NCBI GenBank assembly: GCA_963693115.1
Contig: OY843750.1
Span: 252,680-316,679 of the forward strand
DNA from: Spirochaetia bacterium
GTDB lineage: Bacteria; Spirochaetota; Spirochaetia; WTKD01; G963693115
Length of the DNA: 64,000 bases
Direction: 5' to 3'
The notes under the pieces were generated by a model that was not told where the DNA came from, made no database searches, and saw only the letters and a program-made list of their open reading frames with translations. Every line of letters starts with the position of its first letter. Position 1 is the first letter of the stretch. Shown here piece by piece: positions 16,499 to 26,801 of the stretch. A program made the translations under genes and the position numbers.

Positions 16499-19339
16499 CT
16501 AGTGTTTCCAACAGTCAAACAGTGAATACAGTTTATAATACCCCGCTTCAATATCTGATCGTGTGAGCCCATGAACGTGATATTTTTTATGTGGAAAGAG
16601 AAAAAAATTATTTTTTGAGAGTATGGGATTGTTGTTTTTTAGCTGGTTTCTTATTTGAGAATTTTTTGAATGACCATATGATTGATCCTGCGACTGAGTA
16701 TTGTTGCGCGCAGGCATCAATGCAACATTAAACGCCAGTGCTGAACTTGTAAGCTCTATACCCTCCTTGATATCTTGTATATCTATTTGTGGATGCACAA
16801 GCTCTATCGACTTTGGTTTGACGAGCCAGAATATATTACTATATATGCATCCAGCTAATTCCATCTCAAGCATAACGACATGCGCATGTTCTCCTAAATC
16901 GCGCACTGATACCGTGGCAACACAAGAAGAGGACTGGGCATGTAACAGGCTATTAACAACCTGCGTACAAAGAATTTCTGCCCTTGAGGACATCACCGTA
17001 TATCTTACACAGACCTCGTGAGTAAATCTCGTATCATTGACTGCAAATATTTGTATTTCTTTCCAAGCATTGTGCGACGCAAAGGTATCCAAGACCATCT
17101 GTGACTGCGCATGCGCACGATTGATATGCTCTTGAATTTCTGATTGTGCTGGTATTGCACAAATCATTAGAGGGCTAAAAAATTCTCTTGCACTGTAATG
17201 TAGTAGCTTCCATGTGTGGGGATATTCAATAGATGACCAAGAAGAAACAGGCCATACATCATGTAGCTGCCAGTATAACATTCCCGAACATATACTACGG
17301 TGACAACGCCAGTATTCTACTGCCGTTTTTATTGCCTGTGCCTGCTGTACTTGACTCAAATAGAGCATGGATTCAAAATCTTGGGGAACCCTATAATAGC
17401 GAGCAAAGGTTTCCAAGATGATACTGTTTCCACGTGGGTTCTTTTGATGGTGTTCCATAGAAGGACTCGCAATATTGTATTCGTCTTCTTCGAGATATTC
17501 GGACACTCCTGCAAGACTCGGATATGACTGAAACCCAAACTCAGAACAAAATCGAGGAATAACCTCATAATATGACTCAAACGACTTTCCCTCGTGCCAC
17601 ACACTCCAATAGTGCATGTCACCCTTGCTATCATCGTGCCAATTATCAGAATATTCACCTGTCCCCGCAGAAGGCGAGCTTGGCCAGTACACCCTCTGAG
17701 GATCCAATGACCTCACTCTATTGCCTATCGTCTCCTCAGTGAGCCTATCATAGTCAACAAGATAACGATCCCGATCAGTTTGTGATTCTTTGAACCACTT
17801 TAAAGCACCAAGATTTTCATTGTTTCCACACCAAAGGGCAATGCATGGATGTGTTTGGAGCCTGTTGAGCTGATACTGTATTTCTTTATCAACAAGTGCG
17901 AGAAAATTCTTATCGCTAGGATACAGAGCACAAGAAAACATAAAATCATGCCACAAAAGTATTCCACGTTTATCACAGAGCTCGTAAAAACTATCTCGTT
18001 CGTACTGTCCCCCACCCCAGACACGTATCATGTTCATATGAGCAGCTACAGCCGAGTCTATACACCGTACATATCTATCGTCGGTTTGCATGGCAGGCAA
18101 GGCATCGGTAGGAATCCAGTTTGCACCCTTACAGATTACTCTTAATCCATTAAGATAAAGGCTCATAGATTGCCCCCACTCATCTTTCTTTATGCTCCAC
18201 TCTAGGGTTCTAAAACCTACGATACGCGTATACCTACAACCTCCTATCATAAGATCTAGTAAATAACATGTAGGAATGCCGAGGTCATGCGTCCACCATC
18301 GGGCAACATGTGTCACCTTCGCCACAATGCGATAAGTAAATCCTTTGTCTTTCATCGTGATATCGCACTCTTGAACCGCTATCTTAGGCTTTGTACTCAT
18401 CACATCTCGTATTTCGTCGGATATGTCGGTCATATATCCCTTATCGAGATCCATCTTAAGCCCGAGCGAAACTGAGTCTTCCAGCGCCTTTACCTCTGTT
18501 TGCATATCTGTTTGCTTACAAAATCCTTTGCCTTCGATTACGAGATTCCATTCTTCATCTTTTTCTTTTTTAAAGAGATCTTGATTGGCTTTTGCAGAAC
18601 CTACCTCTAAGGAGCTAGTATGTGCCAACACTCTTGTATGCACCCTTATGCTATCAAGACATATTCCTTGCTGTGCAACAATAGCAACCTCGCCATACAT
18701 GCCCATGCACATGATGCACGGACCCCAATCCCACCCACTATGACACTGCACCTTGCGCACAAAATTACGATGCATGCTTTGGACTGGAGACGTAGTATGA
18801 GGAACACTATAAGGGTATGTAGCAGACTGGTGTGCCGCTACTTTGACTGGGCTTTTAAGAATTACCTCAATGACGTTTACCTCTTCAAGTTTGTGCAGTG
18901 CTATCTTGAGAGGTATAAACGCACTTTTGGAAACACCAAGCAGCTTGCCATTCACTCTCACCTCACCAACAGAATCAAAAACTTCTACAAAAAAATATAA
19001 CACCGCTACATCAAGAAAACTCCGACTCACAGAGCGAGAACTATAGGTTTGTTTTGCACTGAGGATATCCTTACATAAAAATTCACAGCCTAGCTTCCAA
19101 TCACAATAGGCCACCCATTGGCAGTCTAGTTCATTTTTTTTATTGTAAGGATGTTCAATTATATTGTGCCTGATAAGCGTGCTATGAACGTCGTCGGGGA
19201 TGCTGTGCTCAAATTCTTGGTTTGAGTCAAAGCTGTCTGGAATTATGCATTTACATTCCTCTGCATAACTACTATCGTACAGAGAAAGGCGCCAACTTGA
19301 AAGATTCAAGAACGAATGGTGCCATCCAGAAAATATCAT
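16499..19339 (-). CDS. beta-mannosidase, glycoside hydrolase family 2
   Basis: 946 aa. KGANWIPTDA, WHDFMFSCALYP, WCGNNENL, YWPSSPS, GDMHYWSVWHEGKSFESY and CSEFGFQSYPS are the GH2 beta-mannosidase signature blocks. Confidence 0.85.
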   Translation of the reverse strand: MIFSGWHHSFLNLSSWRLSLYDSSYAEECKCIIPDSFDSNQEFEHSIPDDVHSTLIRHNIIEHPYNKKNELDCQWVAYCDWKLGCEFLCKDILSAKQTYSSRSVSRSFLDVAVLYFFVEVFDSVGEVRVNGKLLGVSKSAFIPLKIALHKLEEVNVIEVILKSPVKVAAHQSATYPYSVPHTTSPVQSMHRNFVRKVQCHSGWDWGPCIMCMGMYGEVAIVAQQGICLDSIRVHTRVLAHTSSLEVGSAKANQDLFKKEKDEEWNLVIEGKGFCKQTDMQTEVKALEDSVSLGLKMDLDKGYMTDISDEIRDVMSTKPKIAVQECDITMKDKGFTYRIVAKVTHVARWWTHDLGIPTCYLLDLMIGGCRYTRIVGFRTLEWSIKKDEWGQSMSLYLNGLRVICKGANWIPTDALPAMQTDDRYVRCIDSAVAAHMNMIRVWGGGQYERDSFYELCDKRGILLWHDFMFSCALYPSDKNFLALVDKEIQYQLNRLQTHPCIALWCGNNENLGALKWFKESQTDRDRYLVDYDRLTEETIGNRVRSLDPQRVYWPSSPSAGTGEYSDNWHDDSKGDMHYWSVWHEGKSFESYYEVIPRFCSEFGFQSYPSLAGVSEYLEEDEYNIASPSMEHHQKNPRGNSIILETFARYYRVPQDFESMLYLSQVQQAQAIKTAVEYWRCHRSICSGMLYWQLHDVWPVSSWSSIEYPHTWKLLHYSAREFFSPLMICAIPAQSEIQEHINRAHAQSQMVLDTFASHNAWKEIQIFAVNDTRFTHEVCVRYTVMSSRAEILCTQVVNSLLHAQSSSCVATVSVRDLGEHAHVVMLEMELAGCIYSNIFWLVKPKSIELVHPQIDIQDIKEGIELTSSALAFNVALMPARNNTQSQDQSYGHSKNSQIRNQLKNNNPILSKNNFFLFPHKKYHVHGLTRSDIEAGYYKLYSLFDCWKH

Positions 19340-19394
19340 GGTAACTCAAGTATACCTTATTTAAAAAAATGTTATAATATGGTACGGAGGTTTT

Positions 19395-20687
19395 ATGAAA
19401 AAAACATTAACGTTCCTATTTATTGGAATTCTTTCGATTTGCCTATTTGTGAGTAGTGGCGAACTCGAAGAAAGTCCCGATGTCATTACTCTTAGCGTGC
19501 TTCATTATCTCGACTTAGCAGATGACGTCTCAAATCAGAACTTTGAAAAATTGGTTGCAGCATTCGAGGCATCCCATCCAAACATACGGCTGATGTTTGA
19601 CTACCTTGTAAATGAACCATATCACAATAAATTACAGACCCTAAACATAGCCGACGAACTCCCCGACTTGATGTTTCTGTGGCCAGGAAAAAGGACGGGA
19701 AACGTCACCGGTAGCGGAAAAATAAAGGACTTGCGTCCTTGGCTTGAGGGTAAGGAGTCAATGTTTGCCCCATCTGCCATGGCACCACAAGGTCCAAATG
19801 GTGAAATATATGAACTACCAGAACAAGTCACTGCAACACACGTCATGTACGTCAATACCAAATTGCTAGACGAACTCGGTCTTTCTTTTCCAAGTACCCT
19901 TGACGAACTCCTCGATCAAAAAGACACGATAATAAACGCAGGCTATATTCCCATAGCAATGGACAACAAAGACGGATGGCAAATGCAATCCACGTTCCTC
20001 AGTGCATTAGTAGAACGAACCGGAAGTCGTGAGTGGCTCATCGAAGCACGTGATGGTGATGCATCATTTTCTGATCCAGAATTTGTAAACGCAGTTGCAG
20101 TTGTAGAAGATCTCAGCGATGCCGATATGTTTTCGCCAGGGATCAATCAAGCAGAGTATGGCAGAGCCCTCACTGATTTTAATACAGGCAAGGCCGTTTA
20201 CTTTATCGACGGTGGATGGAGAGTTTCAAATATCGTAGGTGAAATGGCTGCCGAACTACAGCCCTCAATAGAACTTTACTCATTCCCCGATATTCCAAAC
20301 CAAAAAGGAAAAACACAGTCTACCGCTATTGTGGCAGGAACGGGCTTTGGCATGAACGCGAATCTCACAGGGGAAAAAGCAGAGGCTGCTTGGAAATGGA
20401 TATGGTTTTTTTCTGGACCAGAAGGCTCAAAAATCAAACAAGAACAAGGGTGGCTTCCTGCTGTCAAACTTCCCCCCACTGATGACACACCTGAACTACA
20501 AAAGAAACTTGCCGTATTTCTTTCTGAAAAACCAGGCGGATACGTCATAGACGCGGTCATGGACGGCGAAGGAATGGGAACACTGCACCCACTCTTACAA
20601 CAAATGATGTTGGGCGAAATTACTGCACAACAGGTTGGAGACAGGTACGAAAACTGGGTGGCAGAAAACGATTCTGGCAGAAAATAA
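19395..20687 (+). CDS. sugar ABC transporter substrate-binding lipoprotein
   Basis: 430 aa. Signal peptide with Cys (ILSICLFVSSG), family-1 SBP-like. GGAGG upstream of the ATG. Confidence 0.8.
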   Translation: MKKTLTFLFIGILSICLFVSSGELEESPDVITLSVLHYLDLADDVSNQNFEKLVAAFEASHPNIRLMFDYLVNEPYHNKLQTLNIADELPDLMFLWPGKRTGNVTGSGKIKDLRPWLEGKESMFAPSAMAPQGPNGEIYELPEQVTATHVMYVNTKLLDELGLSFPSTLDELLDQKDTIINAGYIPIAMDNKDGWQMQSTFLSALVERTGSREWLIEARDGDASFSDPEFVNAVAVVEDLSDADMFSPGINQAEYGRALTDFNTGKAVYFIDGGWRVSNIVGEMAAELQPSIELYSFPDIPNQKGKTQSTAIVAGTGFGMNANLTGEKAEAAWKWIWFFSGPEGSKIKQEQGWLPAVKLPPTDDTPELQKKLAVFLSEKPGGYVIDAVMDGEGMGTLHPLLQQMMLGEITAQQVGDRYENWVAENDSGRK

Positions 20688-20832
20688 CGCGTAATTACTA
20701 GGTAATTACTATAATTACTTAGTGCCCTATAGGGTTTACTTTTGCCTATAGGAAACATTCTATGGGGGACATTGAGCAATGTTCCCCCATCATAATATTG
20801 TTTGATGTGCTATTTATAGTACTTCTTTTATA

Positions 20833-21714
20833 ATGAGACTGATAAATCGCAAACGAGACTACGCCTTTTTCATTCTTCCTGCGCTCATTATATATACAAG
20901 CATTATACTGTTTCCGATTATATACAGTTTTGTGCTTGGTTTTTTTGAATGGGACGGATCAAGTAAGGCTCGCTTTATAGGGCTACAAAACTATGTAAAG
21001 ATGTTTCGCGAACCAGTATTCTGGATTGGACTACGAAACAACCTCTTAATCGTATTGGTATCCGTCTTAGGTCAAATACCACTCGGCTTTATTTTGGCAT
21101 ACCTCATCTACCGCAATTTGATAAGAGGTACGCAGTTTTTTCAGGCAATGATATTTCTCCCTATCACCATCTCTGCAATCGTGGTGGCTATATTATGGAA
21201 TCAAATCTTTGCTCCAGGGGGTATCTATACAAGCATCATTCGGTCAATAACAGGAAATCCCCGTTATATACTAGAAATTTTTCAAAGTCGCCGATGGGCA
21301 ATAGTCCCCATATTGTTTGTAATACTATGGTTTTATACTGGAATATACATGGTAATTTTTATAGCAAATATGAAAAAAATCCCGCAGAGTCTCATTGAAT
21401 CAGCTTTTATAGATGGTGCAAAAGAAAGTCAAGTAATGACTCGCATCGTCCTCCCTAACCTGCTCCCCGTTGTTCAAACAACCATGATATTTGCCATAGC
21501 AGGTAGCCTCAAGAGCTTTGACCTCATCTTTGCAATGACAGGAGGAGGCCCAGCAAATTTTACAGAAGTCATCGCAATATTTATGTACATAAATACATTT
21601 AAGTATTACAATTATGGGTACGGCAGTGCAATATCCATAATAATAGTAGTGCTAAGTCTAGGACTCATCACTATTTTGCAGTACGTGTTTTCCCGTCTCA
21701 TGAGGCGATATTAA
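20833..21714 (+). CDS. sugar ABC transporter permease (MalF/UgpA-like)
   Basis: 293 aa, 6 TM. EAA loop ESAFIDGAKESQVMTRIVLP. Confidence 0.85.
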   Translation: MRLINRKRDYAFFILPALIIYTSIILFPIIYSFVLGFFEWDGSSKARFIGLQNYVKMFREPVFWIGLRNNLLIVLVSVLGQIPLGFILAYLIYRNLIRGTQFFQAMIFLPITISAIVVAILWNQIFAPGGIYTSIIRSITGNPRYILEIFQSRRWAIVPILFVILWFYTGIYMVIFIANMKKIPQSLIESAFIDGAKESQVMTRIVLPNLLPVVQTTMIFAIAGSLKSFDLIFAMTGGGPANFTEVIAIFMYINTFKYYNYGYGSAISIIIVVLSLGLITILQYVFSRLMRRY

Positions 21715-21736
21715 AAGTAATGTAAAGGATAAAACA

Positions 21737-22579
21737 ATGATAGTAAAAAGCAATTCTGAAAGCCTAATCTGGAAAATCGTAACCTATACGATGTTAGTTT
21801 CGTTCACTATACTTACCATCACACCACTGGTATGGTTGTTTTATAGTTCACTTAAGTCTAATGCTGAAATAGTACAGAATGCGTGGGCACTTCCTCAGAG
21901 TTTTAATTTTTCTAATTTTACCCGTGCTTGGAAACTAGGAAACATGGGTACGCTTATACTCAACAGTATTTTTTATTCACTTGTATCCACGATTATTACT
22001 GTGTATCTCGCATCCTCTGCGGGCTATGCGTTTGCCACCTTTAGCTTTAAGATTAATAAATTTCTTTATTCATTTTTTCTTATGGGATTGCTCATAACTG
22101 TGCACGCCGTTCTTGTTCCACTATTTCTAATGGAAAATGCTGTTGGGCTAGACAACACCCGATTGGGAATCATTCTGCCCTACGTCGCATTTGGTCTCCC
22201 ATTTCTCATATACCTTGCAACCAGCTATATCAAGGGAATACCCCTTGCACTTGTAGAGGCTGCTACGATAGACGGGGCTGGACATATAAAAATTTTTCAT
22301 AGCATTATTCTCCCCATGTCCAAGCCTATAGTCACTACCATGGCTATTTTTTCATTTTTGGGAAATTGGAACGAGTTTGTATTCGTTTTTGTGCTTACAA
22401 ACAAAGAGTCACTTCGTAGTCTTCCTGTCGGAGTTAATGCCTTTGCTGGTGGTCTTGCCCGTAATTTTGGGCTTCTTTTTGCTGCCTTGGTTATCGCAAT
22501 TATTCCCATGCTTGTCTTTTACGCAATATTTTATAGAATGATTATTGAAAGTTTTGCATCTGGTGCACTAAAAGAATAA
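21737..22579 (+). CDS. sugar ABC transporter permease (MalG/UgpE-like)
   Basis: 280 aa. EAA loop EAATIDGAGHIKIFHSIILP. Confidence 0.85.
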   Translation: MIVKSNSESLIWKIVTYTMLVSFTILTITPLVWLFYSSLKSNAEIVQNAWALPQSFNFSNFTRAWKLGNMGTLILNSIFYSLVSTIITVYLASSAGYAFATFSFKINKFLYSFFLMGLLITVHAVLVPLFLMENAVGLDNTRLGIILPYVAFGLPFLIYLATSYIKGIPLALVEAATIDGAGHIKIFHSIILPMSKPIVTTMAIFSFLGNWNEFVFVFVLTNKESLRSLPVGVNAFAGGLARNFGLLFAALVIAIIPMLVFYAIFYRMIIESFASGALKE

Positions 22580-22785
22580 TATACTAGTCAAATTATAACT
22601 TTAACATTATATTCTTAGCAAAATACAAAAAAATAATAAAAAAACAAAAAAAACATTCCTTAGAATAATATTTGCATACTATAATATATATATATGATAC
22701 TAAAATATATATTTGAGTAGCAAAAAATAAAATATACCATATTTTTTGTACCATCGCTTATATATCCTTAGCAAATGGAATAATT

Positions 22786-24105
22786 ATGTTAAAAAAAGAT
22801 TTTATATGGGGATGTGCAACGTCTTCTTACCAGATAGAAGGCGCAGCAAGCCAAGATGGACGAACTCCATCCATTTGGGATACGTTTTCGCATCAACCCG
22901 GAAACGTGTTCGAAGACGAGAACGCCGATACATCATGCGACCACTATCATAGGTACAAAGAAGATATAAGACTACTGGATGAGCTAGGAGTCGATGCCTA
23001 CAGATTTTCAATCTCATGGTCGCGTGTACTCCCCGCACTTACTCAAAAAAGCAAAAAGGGACTCGATTTTTATAATAGACTCGTAGATGAATTACTAGAG
23101 AAAAATATTCTCCCATTTATAACACTTTATCACTGGGATCTACCACAGTATTTACAGGATAAAGGCGGATGGGAGCAACGCGACACGGCTTATCATTTTG
23201 TAGATTATGCTAGGACAATGTTTGATACGCTTGGTGATAGAGTCGATAATTGGATAACGCTAAATGAACCATGGTGTAGTGCTGTACTCGGCCATATGCT
23301 GGGTACTCATGCTCCAGGAAAAACCGATATACAAATAACCCATACGGTTATACATCATTTGCTACTTGCACATGGTCTTGCTATGCAAGCGCTACGTTCA
23401 GAACTCCCAAATGCCCAAGGTGGTATCACAGTCAATCCCTTTACTCCTTTACAAGGCGAAGAGGGACAAGAGCATACAGAAGCCCTAGAGTCATACGTAA
23501 ATTTTCACACGTGCATGTACCTTGATCCAATATATGGACGTGGCTATCCACAAAAGCATCTTAGTCAAAATCCAACAATAACCCTCCCAATAAAAGACGG
23601 TGATATGGACATCATTGCCAGCCCTACTGATTTTATAGGAGTCAACTACTATACCGAACAAATACTTGTTGCCCCAATCAATAATATGTTTTTTGCAGAA
23701 ACACTAGAAACCAGTGCCGATAAAACAGAAATGGGATGGGATGTCGTACCAGATGGTCTGCTGAGACAATTACACTGGATAAACAACCGCTATGCTCCCA
23801 AGACAATCTATATCACAGAAAACGGTGCTGCATTTAATGACCTCAAGAACAATGATAGGGTCAAGGACTCAAAACGCGTAGACTACATACAAAAGCATAT
23901 TTCAAAAACGCTACAAAGCGCTCGCGAAGGAGTTCCTGTACGTGGCTATTTTTTATGGTCATTGCTCGACAATTTTGAGTGGGATAAAGGGTATAGCAAG
24001 CGTTTTGGAATAGTATATTGTGACTATTCTACCTTAGAAAGAACAAAAAAAGACTCATTTTTTAGCTATAAACAACTCATTTTAGAACATTCTAGCAAAA
24101 CTTAG
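22786..24105 (+). CDS. GH1 beta-glucosidase / beta-mannosidase-type 6-phospho-independent glycosidase
   Basis: 439 aa. Acid/base TLNEPW, nucleophile ITENGAA, N-terminal WGCATSSYQIEGA. Confidence 0.9.
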   Translation: MLKKDFIWGCATSSYQIEGAASQDGRTPSIWDTFSHQPGNVFEDENADTSCDHYHRYKEDIRLLDELGVDAYRFSISWSRVLPALTQKSKKGLDFYNRLVDELLEKNILPFITLYHWDLPQYLQDKGGWEQRDTAYHFVDYARTMFDTLGDRVDNWITLNEPWCSAVLGHMLGTHAPGKTDIQITHTVIHHLLLAHGLAMQALRSELPNAQGGITVNPFTPLQGEEGQEHTEALESYVNFHTCMYLDPIYGRGYPQKHLSQNPTITLPIKDGDMDIIASPTDFIGVNYYTEQILVAPINNMFFAETLETSADKTEMGWDVVPDGLLRQLHWINNRYAPKTIYITENGAAFNDLKNNDRVKDSKRVDYIQKHISKTLQSAREGVPVRGYFLWSLLDNFEWDKGYSKRFGIVYCDYSTLERTKKDSFFSYKQLILEHSSKT

Positions 24106-24208
24106 CTCCTCGAACGTAGTCCCGCGAGCTTAGCTCTCCAAAACGTAATTCCTAGCCGAGCCATACTCCGAACATTAATGATACACTATTTACAATGTTC
24201 AAAACGAC

Positions 24209-25315
24209 TTAGGGGCTAAATCGATACTCGATTGCGCTGGACCACTTTTGTTGTGGAATTACAAAATTACTTGTAAAATTATTGTTGTTTTGGTAGTGTA
24301 CAAAATTTGGTGCCATCTGACATTCTATACACAGCCCCTCATATCTACCAAAATTTTGGTTAGCTACGCGAAACTTATCTAGGGTGTTACCAGTATAAAA
24401 CACTACTACTGGATAGTCTGTATACACTTCTAGGGCTATACCCGCCAAGCTTGCTACCTGTGCTGCTAGACCTAACTTTCCGGGAGTCCATTTATCTAAG
24501 AGATAGGGATGATCATATCCCCCTCTGTCCTTTAACAATGGGTTACTGATAACCTCATTTAACATGCGATCGGTACGTAAATCAAATGCTGTATTATCAA
24601 CCCGATAAACTTTGCCTGTAGGAACTCCATTCTTATGTAATAAAAACACATGAGACGCGGGAATATGCACTTTGTGTTCTAAAATGGTATTGTTTTTTTG
24701 TACATCTTCCTGCTCAGGATTAAGATTAAAGTAGGTATGATTAGTGATGCTAATGGGCGTTGTTTTATCTGTATCAACAATATATCTGATAAATACTGTA
24801 TGTGCTGTCTTGCTAATTCCCGTAATCACCTTAATTGTTACATTACCGGGATACGAATCTTTTTTTTCAGGCGAATAGTAATCATGAATTATACCAAGGG
24901 CATGCTCTGTCTCAAATTCTTTTGCTTTAAAGAGTTTATTATGAAATCCCTCTTTTCCCCCATGAAGCGCTAAACTACTGCTAGGATCAGGAAAAGGATC
25001 AACAGCTATAGTGCTCTCGAGTTCGCCATGCGTGCCAGGGATAGTGAAGGGCTGAATATCCACTCTTCCTGCCATTCTTCCTATGGTGCTTCCAAAATAA
25101 GGAAAATCATCTCTAAATATAGCCGATACATCACGAGGAAATACAGTGCATTCGCCTGCCATCGGATGATATATAGATGTTATTGTTGCTCCAACATCAA
25201 GAACAGTAGCAGAAAATCCCAGCGAATTTTTAAGCCTATGCGCATATATAGGTTTTTTCAACGAAGGGTGTTCGCCGATAACCCTCGATTCAATAGCTCC
25301 CATATTTTCGCTCAC
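24209..25315 (-). CDS. galM: aldose 1-epimerase (mutarotase)
   Basis: 368 aa. ITNHTYFNL and LHGG blocks typical of GalM. Confidence 0.8.
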   Translation of the reverse strand: MSENMGAIESRVIGEHPSLKKPIYAHRLKNSLGFSATVLDVGATITSIYHPMAGECTVFPRDVSAIFRDDFPYFGSTIGRMAGRVDIQPFTIPGTHGELESTIAVDPFPDPSSSLALHGGKEGFHNKLFKAKEFETEHALGIIHDYYSPEKKDSYPGNVTIKVITGISKTAHTVFIRYIVDTDKTTPISITNHTYFNLNPEQEDVQKNNTILEHKVHIPASHVFLLHKNGVPTGKVYRVDNTAFDLRTDRMLNEVISNPLLKDRGGYDHPYLLDKWTPGKLGLAAQVASLAGIALEVYTDYPVVVFYTGNTLDKFRVANQNFGRYEGLCIECQMAPNFVHYQNNNNFTSNFVIPQQKWSSAIEYRFSP

Positions 25316-25342
25316 TAATCATTTTTCTCTTATAGACAGACG

Positions 25343-25981
25343 TCATACATCCACCGCTATTTGCTTTAGGGCAAAACGGCTAAACAAATCCTGTTTTGCC
25401 GCTATATCCACTGCTGCACTTGCCCGTGACAACACTCTCGTCTTGTACCCCAAGGCAGCCGCATCAAAAGCAGTCGCCGCGACACAGACATCAAGTGCAA
25501 GACCACACACGTCAAGTGTTTGTATTTTTTTGCGAGAAAGAACATTGTGTAGCCCAGTAGATTCTTGTTTATCATTATCAAAAAAAGCACTATAGCCATC
25601 CATATGTACCTTTTGTCCTTTTTTGATCAGTTCATACTCCCTTGGAAGCTTAAGGGCTTCACTGATTTGCGCACCACGAGTATGCTGCACGCAATGATCA
25701 GGCCATAATCGCTGTTCTATTCCACCTAAAAGCATGACTGTTTCTCCCGGCTTTTTATTATGATAGCTCGCAAAGCTTATATGATGTTTTGGATGCCAAT
25801 CTTGGCTTACCACTACTGTTGAATACTGTGGCAAGATGCCATTTATTTCTTCTATTACAAATTCAGCTTCAGGAACTTCGAGACTACCTCCTGGCAAAAA
25901 ATCGTACTGAACATCAATAACTAATAATGCACAATTTTTGTTGTATGAATATACTTTATGTATTTGTCCTGTCATATCCAC
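25343..25981 (-). CDS. pncA: nicotinamidase/pyrazinamidase (isochorismatase family)
   Basis: ALLVIDVQYDFLPGGSL, DWHP..H metal site, catalytic Cys in LDVCGLALDVCV. Confidence 0.85.
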   Translation of the reverse strand: MDMTGQIHKVYSYNKNCALLVIDVQYDFLPGGSLEVPEAEFVIEEINGILPQYSTVVVSQDWHPKHHISFASYHNKKPGETVMLLGGIEQRLWPDHCVQHTRGAQISEALKLPREYELIKKGQKVHMDGYSAFFDNDKQESTGLHNVLSRKKIQTLDVCGLALDVCVAATAFDAAALGYKTRVLSRASAAVDIAAKQDLFSRFALKQIAVDV

Positions 25982-26040
25982 CTTTACTAAAATAGTATAC
26001 TATATTTTTCTTTTATTGTCATCGAATATACTTAGTAAAT

Positions 26041-26754
26041 ATGGCTATGTTTGTCAGTTTTTTTGTAGTGGCAACTGTCGCTGCCTTTACTCCTGGTCCA
26101 AACAATAGCATGCTTATGCAATCAGGAATGTATTTTGGTATAAAAAAAACTATCCCACATATGCTGGGAGTAATATTTGGATTTAACCCACTTTTCCTTG
26201 GAGTCAATATGGGACTGGGAGCCTTGCTACTACGTTATCCTACGATAACTATTTTCTTAAAGATACTTGGGTCAGCGTATTTCTTATACCTTGCGTATAG
26301 AATGGTACTGCTCAAACCGCCTGCTCTCAGCCCTACCAGCAATTTAGACATCAATACCCACACAAATTCTACCCCAGAAAAAAACCATATGGAAAAAATC
26401 GGTATCACATATGACAATTCGAAAAAGAAACAAGAGATACACACAAGAGATACGTTACAACAGACTACCTCAAAACCTCTAAGTTTTTTTATGGCGATGT
26501 TATTTCAACTTGTAAATGTCAAAGCTTGGTTTTTTGCTATTAGCGCGGTAGCGGTTCTTCCAGATCCTAAAACCATGGAAGTAATTGTTGGAGCCCAAGT
26601 CATAGTACTCTTTGTTACGGCTTGCTCAGCAAGTACATGGACTTTAGGAGGATATGCTTTGGCAAAACTCTTTAAACATACACTCTATTTTCGTATAACA
26701 GGCGTATTACTTGCCCTCTCGCTTGTGTACGCAATAATCTTACAGTGGACATAA
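26041..26754 (+). CDS. LysE/RhtB family amino-acid exporter with a central hydrophilic insertion
   Basis: N-terminal FTPGPNN motif, 5-6 TM segments, and a ~60-aa polar insert (PTSNLDINTHTNSTPEKNHMEK...). Confidence 0.75.
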   Translation: MAMFVSFFVVATVAAFTPGPNNSMLMQSGMYFGIKKTIPHMLGVIFGFNPLFLGVNMGLGALLLRYPTITIFLKILGSAYFLYLAYRMVLLKPPALSPTSNLDINTHTNSTPEKNHMEKIGITYDNSKKKQEIHTRDTLQQTTSKPLSFFMAMLFQLVNVKAWFFAISAVAVLPDPKTMEVIVGAQVIVLFVTACSASTWTLGGYALAKLFKHTLYFRITGVLLALSLVYAIILQWT

Positions 26755-26801
26755 AGACCTATCTATGACTTATGTCCGATATAACCCTTACTTGTAAAGT
26801 C

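Noticed and set aside
20276-20779. A 167-aa minus-strand ORF overlapping the 3' end of the binding-protein gene
   Set aside because: It is antisense to a well-supported CDS, is Ser/Pro/Cys-rich with no motif, and has no ribosome-binding site.
20762-20790. An 11-bp bulged hairpin (atgggggacat..atgttcccccat) between the binding-protein and permease genes, considered as a terminator
   Set aside because: No T-run follows it. It is more likely an mRNA-stabilising or partial attenuation stem of the kind common between SBP and permease genes, and was not annotated as a terminator.
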